Assembly (NCBI GenBank): GCA_963715335.1
Contig: CAVQRZ010000014.1
Location: forward strand, 32,001-96,000
Direction: 5' to 3'
Origin: an uncultured delta proteobacterium
Lineage (GTDB): Bacteria > Desulfobacterota > Desulfuromonadia > Desulfuromonadales > BM103
Length of the DNA: 64,000 bases
Within the stretch, counting starts at the first letter, position 1. The number at the start of each line of letters is the position of its first letter. Position numbers and translations under genes: made by a program. Shown piece by piece: positions 45,080 through 55,311 of the stretch. Under the pieces are notes generated by a model, which worked only from the letters and a program-made list of their open reading frames with translations, was not told where the DNA came from and searched no databases.

Positions 45080-45979
45080 TCAGTACATCAGGCGTAGTAA
45101 AAGCCCGTTGAGGAGAATGATACCCAACACCAGGCCGAGATAGAGATGCAGTCCGATACGGAGTTTTTGCGCGGTTTTTTCGATGAACAGGGTCTTGCGC
45201 TGGACCCGGGTGGTCCAGATTGCGAACGTGATCGCCAATCCGGCAACCAGGCTCTGCAGCAATGGCAGCTGCACCAGCTTGAATGGTGGGAGCAGCAGGG
45301 TGGCGGTGATCATGCCGAGAATCCAGAAGTGGCTGACACCCAACAACTGGTGCCCCGACATCCTGGCCGGCAGGACCTTGAAGCCGGCGCGCACGAGTTC
45401 CTCACGGTCGGGGATGGCCAGCAGCCAGTAGTGAGGGACCTGCCAGAGGACCATCAGCAGGACCAGCGAGAGTGGCCGGGGGTCGAGCGGATCGCCCCCT
45501 GCAGCAATCCAGCCGATCAGGGGCGGCAGAGCGCCACAGGGGGTGCCGGCAATCACGGCCAGGGAAGATATCCGCTTCAACGGGGTATAGACCGCCAGAT
45601 ACCAGACGGTTGCACCCAGGCCAAGCAGGGTGGCCGCGCTGCCAGAGGTGGCAAGTAGGACGCAGAGCCCGCCGCTGGCCAAAAGCAGCCCCACCGTCGT
45701 GCCGGCTCCCGGTGCCAGGTCACCGCAAGCGAGCGGCCGGTGGCAGGTGCGGCGCATCAGGGTGTCGGTGAAACGCTCCTGAACCTGGTTGAGGACCGAG
45801 CAGGAAGCGCTCAGCAGAAATATCCCCCAGACAACCCCCCAAAGCTTCAGCAAGGGCAGGTAAGGGCTGGCTGCCAGCGCCCCGGCCAGCGCCGAGAGGG
45901 CGACCATTGCCGAGAGCGGCAAGCGGATCAGGCGACTCAGGGCCGTCAGGTTGGTCATAGTCACGGATTGACTTTGCAT
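45080..45979 (-). CDS. ctaB: Protoheme IX farnesyltransferase (heme o synthase)
   Basis: NQVQERFTDTLMRRT..RPL, YTPLKR, GALPPLIGW, WQVPH. Confidence 0.9.
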   Translation of the reverse strand: MQSQSVTMTNLTALSRLIRLPLSAMVALSALAGALAASPYLPLLKLWGVVWGIFLLSASCSVLNQVQERFTDTLMRRTCHRPLACGDLAPGAGTTVGLLLASGGLCVLLATSGSAATLLGLGATVWYLAVYTPLKRISSLAVIAGTPCGALPPLIGWIAAGGDPLDPRPLSLVLLMVLWQVPHYWLLAIPDREELVRAGFKVLPARMSGHQLLGVSHFWILGMITATLLLPPFKLVQLPLLQSLVAGLAITFAIWTTRVQRKTLFIEKTAQKLRIGLHLYLGLVLGIILLNGLLLRLMY

Positions 45980-45980
45980 G

Positions 45981-47311
45981 TTACTTCAACGTTTCCATCC
46001 AGCTTTGCATTGCCTTGATATCGTCATCACTCAAACCCGGGTAGGGCGGCATTGCCGCCGGGTAGCCTTCGGAAATTTCCGCACCCGGCTCCCGGATAGC
46101 CCGAATCAGGTAGTCCGTATCTGCCTGGACCTTGACGGATTGGCCATCTTTGGTGACGGTGCGTTCACTGCCGAACAGGCCTTTGAGGCTCGGACCGACT
46201 TTGCGTGTGCCGTCGGTGCTGTGGCAGCCGAGGCAGCCATTCTGACTGGCCAGAGCCTTGCCGCGTTCGACGGGGTCAGCTGGTGCAGCAGGTGCGAAGG
46301 GTTCTCTACCTTTTTGTCAGCCTCTGCTTTTGCAGGTTCCGATTCTGGAGTCGGTTGAGCGGCCGGCTTTTCCTCTGTTGCAGGCTCAGCCGTGGCCTCG
46401 CCGCCTTTTGATTCCATCAGGTAATCCAGGATCCCGGTCATGTCTTCTTCCGGAATGCGGCCGGCATAAGGGGGCATGGCCGGCGGGAAGCCTTCGACGA
46501 TATCGGCATTCGGCTCAAGTATGGATTTCTCCAGATAAGCACGATCGGTTGTCAGGGTCTGTTTTGAGCCGCCGGTTACAACCTTTACCTGGCGGCCGCC
46601 GATTCCCTGGAAGGTCGGGCCGACCGAAGGTGAGCCATCGACGGAGTGGCAGCCGAGGCAGCCGTGTTTCTGCAGCAGGGCCTTGCCCGCTTCCGCCGCG
46701 ACCGGTTTATCTTCGAGCCAGGCGGCAAACTCGGACGCCGGGATCGCTTCCACGGTGGTGATCATAGCAGAGTGGGCGACACCGCAATACTCGGCGCAGA
46801 ACAGGTCGTAGCTGCCCGGCTCCTCGGCAACAAACCAGGCATAGGTTTCCATCCCCGGAACAGTGTCACGTTTGACACGAAACGCCGGCACGTAGAAGGC
46901 GTGCAACACATCCACTGAGTTAAGCCTGACGTTAACCGGTTGCCCAACCGGCACATAGAGTTTGTCCGAAGTCTTGCCGTTTTCATAGGTGAAGAGCCAC
47001 GACCACATACGCGCTGTCCCCTGGACCGGAATGGCGTTGTCGGGAACCCGCCGCAACGAGAGATAGCCTTCCCATCCATACCAGAACATCACCAGGACCA
47101 GGATCGAAGGGATGATCGTCCAGGTGACCTCCAGCCAGACATTGTGGTCTTTCTGGCTGAGCGGTGTCGGGTAGCGTTTGCGGCTGTAACGCCAGGCAAG
47201 GTAAACCATGGCGACCGTGATACCGAGCAAGGCCACGCCGCTGATGCCAAAGATGACGTAGAAGGCCGTGTCGACAGCCTCGGTGGTGGTGATCAAAGGT
47301 TGTGGATTCAC
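45981..47311 (-). CDS. coxB: Cytochrome c oxidase subunit II with two c-heme domains (frameshift near 46300)
   Basis: DVLHAF, CAEYCGVAHSAM CuA site, CLGCH; second CLGCH domain in shifted frame ending at 45981. Confidence 0.88.
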
Positions 47312-47319
47312 GTCAACTC

Positions 47320-47604
47320 CTACCGGTAAAGGACATCAAAGAAGGTCAGGCCGATAAAGATCGCCAAAATCGTCAGCGCTGCAAGCAGCGAGATCTTGAA
47401 CAGCCGATTCTCGTATTTCATGTGCATGAAGACCGCGACCACCAGTGACGATTTGACGGTGGCGATGCCGAGGGCCACCCAGATGTTCAGGGGGCCGAGG
47501 TTGTACTGGGCAACCCACACGGTGATGCCGGTCAGAAACAAAAGTGCAATCCAGACGATCATGAAGGTCTTGTACGGGACGATATGTGCGTGCTCTTCGG
47601 ACAT
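47320..47604 (-). CDS. coxD: Cytochrome c oxidase subunit IV
   Basis: Three TM helices, KSSLVVAVFMHMKYE. Confidence 0.88.
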   Translation of the reverse strand: MSEEHAHIVPYKTFMIVWIALLFLTGITVWVAQYNLGPLNIWVALGIATVKSSLVVAVFMHMKYENRLFKISLLAALTILAIFIGLTFFDVLYR

Positions 47605-47627
47605 AACTACCTCGTTTGAAAACTATT

Positions 47628-47766
47628 TTTAACGCAAAGGCGCAAAGGTTGAAGACCAGGACGCTAAGAGAACAAATTTATAGTTTTTAAAATCAAAGCC
47701 AACTTTCTTTATTCTTTGTCTATACCCTTTTGCGTCTTGAGTGAGCGCAGCGAACGGGCGTTGAAA
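47628..47766. repeat. AACGCAAAG-type element inside the cox operon
   Basis: Same ends as 1817-1940. Confidence 0.8.
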
Positions 47767-47798
47767 GAATTTGTTTTTCGCGTCCCTCGTCCCCTCTT

Positions 47799-48404
47799 TT
47801 AATGCAAAATCAAATAGTACAACGGGAAAATGAAAATCCAGATCAGGTCGACCAGGTGCCAGTAGAGACCGGCATTTTCGAGGATCACAAAATCGTCAGC
47901 GTTGACCCGGTCTTTTTTGATCAGGACCATGCTCCAGGCCAGGACCAGCGCACCGATCACCACGTGGATGCCGTGCAGGCCGGTGGTCAGGTAGTAGATG
48001 TTGAAAAAAACCGTCTCGCCGGGTTGCAGCTCTTTCAGGTGAGCCGAGCCCGGGTAGATGCCGTGGTGAATCTTGGCGCTCCATTCGAAGTACTTGTTGA
48101 TCATGAAGATCGCTGCACAGACGACGGTGCCGGTGAGTAGTCCAAGGCAGAGTCGCTTGGCACCGCGGCGCAGGGCGGTGATCGAGATGGCAACAAACAG
48201 GCTGCTGGTCAGCAGCACCAGGGTGTTGCCGCCGCCGAACCAGACGTTGAGTTCCTTGCCGGCCGTGATGAATTCCTGCGGATAACGCGCCAGGTAAACC
48301 GAGTAAAGGATGAACAACCCGCCAAACAGCAGCACCTCGGTAAAGAGAAAGAGCCACATGCCGAACTTGGCGCCGGTATAGTCCTTGTGCACGTGCCCGC
48401 TCAT
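47799..48404 (-). CDS. coxC: Cytochrome c oxidase subunit III
   Basis: GMWLFLFTE, TGLHGIHV, LYWHLVD. Confidence 0.93.
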   Translation of the reverse strand: MSGHVHKDYTGAKFGMWLFLFTEVLLFGGLFILYSVYLARYPQEFITAGKELNVWFGGGNTLVLLTSSLFVAISITALRRGAKRLCLGLLTGTVVCAAIFMINKYFEWSAKIHHGIYPGSAHLKELQPGETVFFNIYYLTTGLHGIHVVIGALVLAWSMVLIKKDRVNADDFVILENAGLYWHLVDLIWIFIFPLYYLILH

Positions 48405-50029
48405 AGTATGCCTGCCTTTTTGAAATCGTACGGGCCATGGGTTACGATCGGGTCCTCTTCACCGAAATTCTCCGTCGGTGGCGGCGAGGGTACCTGCCAC
48501 TCGAGGCTGGCACCACCCCAGGGATTGTTGCCGATCGGGTCTCCTTTGAAGATTCCACGAAAGATGTTGACAAACATCAGAATCAGGCCGACCGCCAGGA
48601 TCCATGAACCGACGGTCGAAAGTTGGTTCAGACCGGTAAACTCGGGGACGTAGTCGTAATAGCGGCGCGGCATCCCCTGCATCCCGACGATCTTCATTGA
48701 GATGTAGAGGACGAGGAACCCGACAAAGATGACTGCCCAGGCGACAGTGGCGATGGTTTTGTCGTACATGCGGCCGTAGATTTTCGGCAAGCCAATAGTG
48801 CATGGCGGCAAAGAAGGCCATGCCAGTGCCACCGAACATGACGAAATGGAAGTGGCCGACAACGAAGTAAGTGTCATGCACGTGTACATCTGCTGCTGCC
48901 GCACCAAGCACCAGTCCACTTAGTCCGCCAATAGTGAAGAGCAGGATAAACGACAGGGCATAGAGGAGCGGTGGATCGAGCAAGATTGAGCCTTCGTAAA
49001 GGGTCGCCAGCCAATTAAAGACCTTGATTGCCGATGGAATGGCGACAATGAAGGTCAAAAAGGAGAAGATCAAAACGGCCATGTCTGACATGCCGCTGGT
49101 GTACATATGGTGGGCCCATACCAGCGAACCGGCAAAGGCAATAGCTATACTCGAGACAACGATTGCCTTGTAGCCAAAGGCTGGCTTGCGAGAGAAGACC
49201 GGAACGATGTCGGAGACCACTCCCATGCCTGGCAGCACCATGATGTAGACTGCCGGGTGGGAGTAAATCCAGAACAGGTGCTGGAACATGATCGGATCGC
49301 CGCCCTGGGCCGGGTCAAAGAGGCCGGTGCCGAGGACCCGCTCGGCGAAGAGCATGGCAACGGTGATGCCGATGACCGGAGTGGCGAGAATCTGGATCCA
49401 TGCGGTGGCATAGAGCGACCAGGTAAAGAGCGGGATGCGCATCCAGGTCATGCCTTCGGTTTTCAGCCGATGAATGGTGGTCACAAAATTGAGTCCGGTG
49501 AGGATCGACGAGAAACCGAGGAAGAAAACCGCGACTGCTGCCATTGAAACGTTCGTACTGGTCTGGGCCGAGAAGGGCACGTAGAAAGTCCAACCGGTGT
49601 CGGGTGGGCCGCCACCGGTGAAGAGCGATCGACGGCAAGGGCTGCGCCAGAAACATAAAGATACCAGGAGAAGAGGTTAAGCTTCGGGAAAGAGACATCG
49701 CGAGCGCCGATCTGGATCGGCATGATCAGGTTGCCGAAGGCCGCCGGGATACCCGGGATGATAAACAGGAAAATCATGATCACGCCATGCAGAGTAAACG
49801 CGGCGTTGTAGGTTTGAGGACCCATGATCGTTTCGCCGGGAGCAAAGAGCTCAAGGCGGATTAGCAGGCCGAGTAGCACTCCGACACAGAAAAAGATGGT
49901 GACGGACCAGAAGTAAAGCAGGCCAATGCGTTTGTGGTCGGTGGAGAATATCCAGCCAAAAATCCCCGGGTAGTTGGCTTCTCCGAAAAAGCCGCGATCG
50001 TTGGTTGCCGAGGTCGTTACATCACTCAT
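48401..50029 (-). CDS. coxA: Cytochrome c oxidase subunit I, A2 type (two frameshifts, about 49630 and 48790)
   Basis: TDHKRIG, YSHPAVY, VWAHHM, HFHFV, GMPRRY spread across three frames. Confidence 0.9.
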
Positions 50030-51003
50030 AAATTCTTATCCTTTTTAGACTTTTTGCCGCCGAAGACCAGGTAGACTGCGAAAATGGCAAGGGTTGTCAG
50101 AATCGCTGTTGCCGAGACGCGCAAGATGTTGAAAACATAAGTCTTTTGCTCCGGGTCAAAGCTGAAACAGTATTGCACCATCTTGCGGATCGTGGTGCCG
50201 ACCTGCCCCGATTTGGCTTCATACAGGGCCAAAGTCAGGTCCTTCGGTACCACGTGGGTGCCGTGAAGGTAGCGCACGATCATGCCGTCTGAGGAGACAA
50301 CAAAAAATACGACGGGGTGCAGGAATTCAGTTCCGACCTTCTGGAAGCGGTAGCCGGCCGCATCTGTCAACTTGAGAATTGTGTCCATGTCACCGGTCAG
50401 GAAACGCCATGCCTGGTCCGGGTACTGGTTTTTCATCGCGGCATAGTAGGTGTCCCGGCTACGCTGGGCCAGCTCGGGTTGTTCCTTTGCATCGAAGCTG
50501 AACGAGATGACCTGGTAGTCAGCTCCGGCCTTGAGCTTGAGACCCGGCAAAACACGGGCCAGGTCGCCCTGCAGGAAATGGCAGACGTTGGGACAGCGGT
50601 AATAAACCGGGGCGATAATCGTCGGCATGGTGACCAGGTCGACCAACTTGACCGGCTTGCCCTGCTCATCGCGAAAGGTCAGGTCAAGGGGGATGCGGGT
50701 GCCGAGTTTTTCATCGAGACCAACCTTGGCTGTGCTGTCCTCGGTCTGGACCGGATGTACGTGCCCACCCGGTTCCACACTGGTCGCGGCATGATTTTTG
50801 TGCGTCATATCTGCCATGTCACCGCTTTTTTCGGTAGCGGCATGCTGGTCATGGGTCATTGCAGCCGGTTCGTCATGCTTATGTTGGGGCACGGCAGCAA
50901 ACGCAGGGATATTGAGCAGAAGGAGAAAGACAAACAGGCGGCAGGTGACAGATCGGCGGGTTCTTGTGTGCCACCATCTTCCAACGGTTCTTTGCATGCT
51001 CAT
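50026..51003 (-). CDS. SCO family copper chaperone with His/Met-rich N-terminal extension (start uncertain)
   Basis: YYRCPNVC CxxxC, WRFLTG, FLHP. Confidence 0.85.
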   Translation of the reverse strand: MSMQRTVGRWWHTRTRRSVTCRLFVFLLLLNIPAFAAVPQHKHDEPAAMTHDQHAATEKSGDMADMTHKNHAATSVEPGGHVHPVQTEDSTAKVGLDEKLGTRIPLDLTFRDEQGKPVKLVDLVTMPTIIAPVYYRCPNVCHFLQGDLARVLPGLKLKAGADYQVISFSFDAKEQPELAQRSRDTYYAAMKNQYPDQAWRFLTGDMDTILKLTDAAGYRFQKVGTEFLHPVVFFVVSSDGMIVRYLHGTHVVPKDLTLALYEAKSGQVGTTIRKMVQYCFSFDPEQKTYVFNILRVSATAILTTLAIFAVYLVFGGKKSKKDKNL

Positions 51004-51154
51004 AGGATCCTGTAAAGCTTGAGAACTGAGAAGTTGACGATCCCGGTAATAATAGCAACTTTGGGAAAATTTGCAATTTTTCTCATCCGTTGCGCGGATT
51101 GCGGAGATCAGGGTCTTCTGGTAGCATATGATGCCACAGGCCAAGGAGAAGAGC

Positions 51155-51346
51155 ATGGACCAATTGACTGAACGGATCGTTGAACTCGAGATTCGCTTTT
51201 CCCACCAGAACCACTTGGTTGAAGAGCTGAACGTGGAATTGACCGCATCGAACAACCGGATTAACCGGCTTGAGCGTGAGGTGGGCGCCTTGCGCGAAAT
51301 GCTTGGCGGCATGGGTCCGGAACTTACCCTGTCTCCCGATGAATAA
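51155..51346 (+). CDS. SlyX family protein
   Basis: ERIVELEIRFSHQ..VEELN. Confidence 0.8.
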   Translation: MDQLTERIVELEIRFSHQNHLVEELNVELTASNNRINRLEREVGALREMLGGMGPELTLSPDE

Positions 51347-51348
51347 TC

Positions 51349-51861
51349 ATGACTGATGATCTCAAGCGCATCCTCCTGGAAGCCTGCGTCCTGATTGCTT
51401 TCGGAGCCCTCGCCGGCCTGACCGCGAATCACCAGATGGTCCTGGATGCCTTCGCCGGCCGCCTGGTCTCCCCGCTTCCGGTGGCTAAGATAGACCAGGC
51501 GGTTCGGGAGCATGTCCCCGTGGCCTTGCCAATGCCGGTTCTGCTGGATGAGGTTCAGCAGCTGATGACCGCAGGCGGGCTGCTTCTTGATGCCCGCAGC
51601 CCGGAACTGTTTGCGGAAGGTCACATCAAAGGGGCGATCTCTTTGCCAATGGTGGATATCGAAGAAGTCCTGGCTGACTTTATTGCGCGTATCGATCGAG
51701 ACCAGGTTGTCATGACTTATTGCAGTGGCTTCGGCTGTCCGGATTCCTTTGACCTCGGCATGCGGCTGATCGAAGAAGGTTTCAGCGATGTCCGGGTTTT
51801 TGAGGGGGGCTATCCGGAATGGCGGGATGCCGGGCTTGCGGTTGCGGGAGAAGGCCAATGA
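51349..51861 (+). CDS. Membrane-anchored rhodanese-like protein
   Basis: DARS..GHIKGA, YCSGFGC, GGYPEW. Confidence 0.88.
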   Translation: MTDDLKRILLEACVLIAFGALAGLTANHQMVLDAFAGRLVSPLPVAKIDQAVREHVPVALPMPVLLDEVQQLMTAGGLLLDARSPELFAEGHIKGAISLPMVDIEEVLADFIARIDRDQVVMTYCSGFGCPDSFDLGMRLIEEGFSDVRVFEGGYPEWRDAGLAVAGEGQ

Positions 51862-52325
51862 GTCGATTTCAATGGTGTTTCTACCACCTGGTCAGACTGT
51901 CTCTGGCCCTGGTCTTTGTCTACGCCGGGGCAGTGAAAATTCAGGATATCGTCGCATTTGCCGGCCATGTGGCGGCTTACCAGATCCTCCCTTACGCCAT
52001 GAATTACCTGGTCGCGGCGACCCTGCCTTATGTGGAGTTCCTGGCCGGGGTCCTTTTACTTCTGAATGTCCGGGTCCGCCCGGCTCTGGTTGCGATCGGC
52101 AGCATGATCCTGTTTTTCATGATCGCGCTGGTTTCGGTGTTGTTGCGGGGGCTTGATATCGATTGCGGCTGTTTCGATCCGGCCGGCGGGCAGGATGTCA
52201 GCGCCGGTATGGCCCTATTGCGGGATGTCGGACTGATGGTTCTGGTTGTGCTGACCTGGTGGCTGCGCAGTCGGCTAGGATCGCGTGGCGCGTGGCGCGT
52301 GGCGCGTGGCGAGGAACCCTCTTAA
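51858..52325 (+). CDS. MauE/DoxX family membrane protein
   Basis: FVYAGAVK, LPYVE, RGLDIDCGCF. Confidence 0.88.
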   Translation: MSRFQWCFYHLVRLSLALVFVYAGAVKIQDIVAFAGHVAAYQILPYAMNYLVAATLPYVEFLAGVLLLLNVRVRPALVAIGSMILFFMIALVSVLLRGLDIDCGCFDPAGGQDVSAGMALLRDVGLMVLVVLTWWLRSRLGSRGAWRVARGEEPS

Positions 52326-52460
52326 ATCAGTTCTTGGATATTATTTTTTACCGCTGGCTTGTCGCTAATTCCCTGTCGTTCTGTAAGCTGCAGAGTGTCA
52401 GGCCCCTAGCTACAGTCAAGTTTGACGACCATTTTTCGCGCGACTCGCCACGCGCCACGA
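52283..52460. repeat. (GCGTGGC)4 array with a downstream inverted arm
   Basis: 52283-52310 tandem array; CGCCACGCGCCACG within 52437-52460. Confidence 0.85.
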
Positions 52461-52469
52461 GCCTCTCCA

Positions 52470-53516
52470 ATGACCTGGAAACAGCAACTCGCCGACAGCA
52501 TCACCACCCCCGAACAACTGGCCGGGTATTTTGACATCGACCCGAAGCCGTTGCGGGCGGTGGTGGACCGTTACCCGCTGCTCATCACCCCCCATTATTT
52601 CAGTCTGATTGAAACACCGGGCGATCCGATCTGGCGGCAGTGTGTCCCTGACCTGAGTGAGCTGACGGCTGATGACTTGCCAGAAGATTCCCTCAACGAG
52701 CAGGCTTTTGCTCCGGTCCCGGCAGTGGTGCACCGTTACCCGGACCGTGCATTGTTAATGGTCTCCGGTCGGTGTGCCGGTTATTGTCGTTTCTGTACCC
52801 GCAAAAGCAGGGTTGGCACCCTGGGCTTCTGTTTCACCATGGCGCAGATTGAAGAGGGAATTGGCTATATTTCAGAAACACCCGAAATCAGGGACGTGAT
52901 CCTGACCGGCGGAGACCCGCTGCTGCTCGACGACGATTGCCTGGCGGATATTCTGACAAGGATTCAGCAGCTCAGCCATGTCGAGATGATCCGCATCGGC
53001 AGCCGAATACCCGTCACCCTGCCGGACCGCATTACCCCACAACTTTGCCGGCTGTTGTCGCGTTGCCAGCCGCTTTACCTCAATACCCACTTCAATCACC
53101 CGCGCGAACTGACCGTCGAGAGCGCGGCGGCTTGTGCCCGTCTGGCTGATGCAGGCTTGCCACTTGGCAACCAGACGGTCCTGCTTGACGGCGTCAACGA
53201 TGATCCGGCAGTGATGATTGAGCTGTGCCGTGGTTTGCTGAAGATGCGGGTGCGTCCCTACTATCTGCATCACCTTGATCAGGCCCGGGGGACCTCGCAT
53301 TTCAGGGTGCCTGTGGAACGTGGCCTGGAGATCATTGCCGGGTTGCGTGGCCAGCTCGCCGGGCTCGGTATCCCGCAATACGTGATTGACCCGCCCGGAG
53401 GTGAAGGCAAGGTCCCGTTGTTGCCGGGAAATCTGCTGGAGGTGGGGGATTCTCTCAGGGTGAAGACATCCCGTGGCGTTATTGAGCTGCCAAATCGGCG
53501 GCGGGATGCTGTCTAG
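52470..53516 (+). CDS. KamA-family lysine 2,3-aminomutase (EpmB-like)
   Basis: HRYPDR, CAGYCRFCTR, TGGDPL, PGGEGK; short form, near epmA. Confidence 0.85.
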   Translation: MTWKQQLADSITTPEQLAGYFDIDPKPLRAVVDRYPLLITPHYFSLIETPGDPIWRQCVPDLSELTADDLPEDSLNEQAFAPVPAVVHRYPDRALLMVSGRCAGYCRFCTRKSRVGTLGFCFTMAQIEEGIGYISETPEIRDVILTGGDPLLLDDDCLADILTRIQQLSHVEMIRIGSRIPVTLPDRITPQLCRLLSRCQPLYLNTHFNHPRELTVESAAACARLADAGLPLGNQTVLLDGVNDDPAVMIELCRGLLKMRVRPYYLHHLDQARGTSHFRVPVERGLEIIAGLRGQLAGLGIPQYVIDPPGGEGKVPLLPGNLLEVGDSLRVKTSRGVIELPNRRRDAV

Positions 53517-54286
53517 CGGCGGTTCTCGGAACGGCTTTTGGTGCGCTGCCTGACCTGCCTGTTATGCTTGGTGAGGTGCTGAAAAATATGGTTGACTTCC
53601 GCTTCTGACAACAAACCCTTTTCCACGAAATACTGGCCGATTCTCTTCTGTAGAGTCCTTTGATAGTTCAGCAGCACTTCAACCTGGTGAGGTTTGAGGT
53701 GTCCCATCTCAATCGCCTTTTTGCCAAAACGCACGGCCTTTCCACGATAGCCGAGGACTTGGGCGACCTTGGCTTCGGACAACCAGCCCCACTTCTGTGC
53801 GATGGCGCCGAGAGTCGGCCTCTGTCGTCTCTGCCACACCAGGGCTTCAATCAGCTGCTGGTAAGTCACTTTACCCTGGTAGTAACTGTACATGCCGAAT
53901 TCCAGCGGGATTGACGGGATTAACACCGGTTTGAGGGGCTGTCTCTGCTGTGTGCTTTGCCGCGGCGCGCGATTGGCCCAATGCGACGTTGTTTGCCCGG
54001 GATTGTTCCTCAGGGATGTCACGTGAATTCGGGGACGTTTCTCCAGGTATTCGATCAGCAGGTCGTAAGCCTGGCGAATTTCCCGGAAACGGTCAGTCTG
54101 CTGTTGACGAATGTGTGGTGCAGAGCTTGCGTGGGCATCAGGGTGATGTGCCTTGGCCTGGTTGCGAAAAGCCGTCTTGGCGCCGCTGGGCTGGAGATAG
54201 TGGAGAAACTCGTGGGACAGATTGACTTCTTTGCCGAACAGGGTTCGGCAGGCATTCAGTAACGCTGTCTCAGAATTAAAATACAT
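53513..54286 (-). CDS. J-domain protein
   Basis: KAHHPDAH (HPD), FREIRQAYDLL. Confidence 0.85.
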   Translation of the reverse strand: MYFNSETALLNACRTLFGKEVNLSHEFLHYLQPSGAKTAFRNQAKAHHPDAHASSAPHIRQQQTDRFREIRQAYDLLIEYLEKRPRIHVTSLRNNPGQTTSHWANRAPRQSTQQRQPLKPVLIPSIPLEFGMYSYYQGKVTYQQLIEALVWQRRQRPTLGAIAQKWGWLSEAKVAQVLGYRGKAVRFGKKAIEMGHLKPHQVEVLLNYQRTLQKRIGQYFVEKGLLSEAEVNHIFQHLTKHNRQVRQRTKSRSENRR

Positions 54287-54396
54287 GGGCCTCAATGGTC
54301 TGGAAACTTAACCTGTCCTTGCTTTTTTATAGCCTGTCGGACGGATGAAAAACAAGCCCCTTTTCCTTTTTCCCGGAGATTTTCCCAAGCTTGTGG

Positions 54397-55311
54397 CTAC
54401 AGCTCGCCGGAGGTGAATGCTACGACATCAGCGATCTTTTCCGCGTCGGTCATCAGCATCACCAAACGGTCAAGACCAAGGGCAACCCCGGCGGCTTCGG
54501 GCATTGCAGGGAGCTCGTTGAGGAAGTTTTCCGGGAGCGGGTAGGGTTTTTTTCCTGTGCTTCTCCGCTGCGCCTCATCCGCAGTAAAACGTTTGCGCTG
54601 TTCGTGGGGGTCGGTCAGTTCCGAAAAGGCGTTGGCCAGCTCCAGTCCGTCGATGTAAAGCTCGAATCGTTCGGCTACGCGCGGATCGCCGGGCTTGATC
54701 CTGGCCAGGGCGGCCATGGCGGCCGGGTACTCGGTCAAAAACGTCGGTCTTGTTTTGCCGAGGTTCGGTTCAACTGCGGTGGTCAGGACCTCCTCGAAAG
54801 AATCGGTCTCGAGGGCCTGTTCCAGACTCATCGAAGCATAGCTGGAAAAGGCTTCGGCAACTGTCAATTCCTCCCAGGGTGCAGCCAGGGCAATCTCCCG
54901 TCCCGATCGCGTAATGCTCCCCAGCGGAATAATGCTCTGTAGCAGCGCCGTACACTCGGTCATGAGATCGCGGTAGTCAATCCCTGACCGGTACCATTCC
55001 AGCATTGTGAATTCCGGCAGGTGGTATCGACCGAGCTCGCCTTCGCGCCAGACCCGGCAGATCTGGAAAATTTTTTCATGGCCAGCCGCGAGCAGCCGCT
55101 TCATGGCGAGTTCCGGGGAGGTGTGCAAGGTCCAGTCGCCGCTGGGCACAGGATCGATGTGCGGCTCCGGGGCGTTGGCGGGGATGCGGTGCGGCGTTTC
55201 CACCTCGAGGTAGTCGCGCGCTGTGAAGAAACTGCGGATTCTCTGCAGGCTCTCGGCCCTTTTGATCAAAAACGGCCTTTTCCGGGCCAGGGCCCAATTC
55301 GGTTGGTTCAC
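54397..55311 (-). CDS. epmA: EF-P beta-lysine ligase
   Basis: LEVETP, LHTSPELAMKRLL, HLPEFTMLEWY, ELANAFSEL; LysRS catalytic domain only. Confidence 0.93.
   Translation of the reverse strand: MNQPNWALARKRPFLIKRAESLQRIRSFFTARDYLEVETPHRIPANAPEPHIDPVPSGDWTLHTSPELAMKRLLAAGHEKIFQICRVWREGELGRYHLPEFTMLEWYRSGIDYRDLMTECTALLQSIIPLGSITRSGREIALAAPWEELTVAEAFSSYASMSLEQALETDSFEEVLTTAVEPNLGKTRPTFLTEYPAAMAALARIKPGDPRVAERFELYIDGLELANAFSELTDPHEQRKRFTADEAQRRSTGKKPYPLPENFLNELPAMPEAAGVALGLDRLVMLMTDAEKIADVVAFTSGEL

Noticed and set aside
9298..49630. Programmed ribosomal frameshifting at the split genes
   Set aside because: No clear slippery heptamer with a stimulator at these sites, and these families are not known to use it
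50026..51858. 610-aa Sco ORF as listed
   Set aside because: The upstream half is antisense to the slyX and rhodanese genes; the real protein starts near 51003
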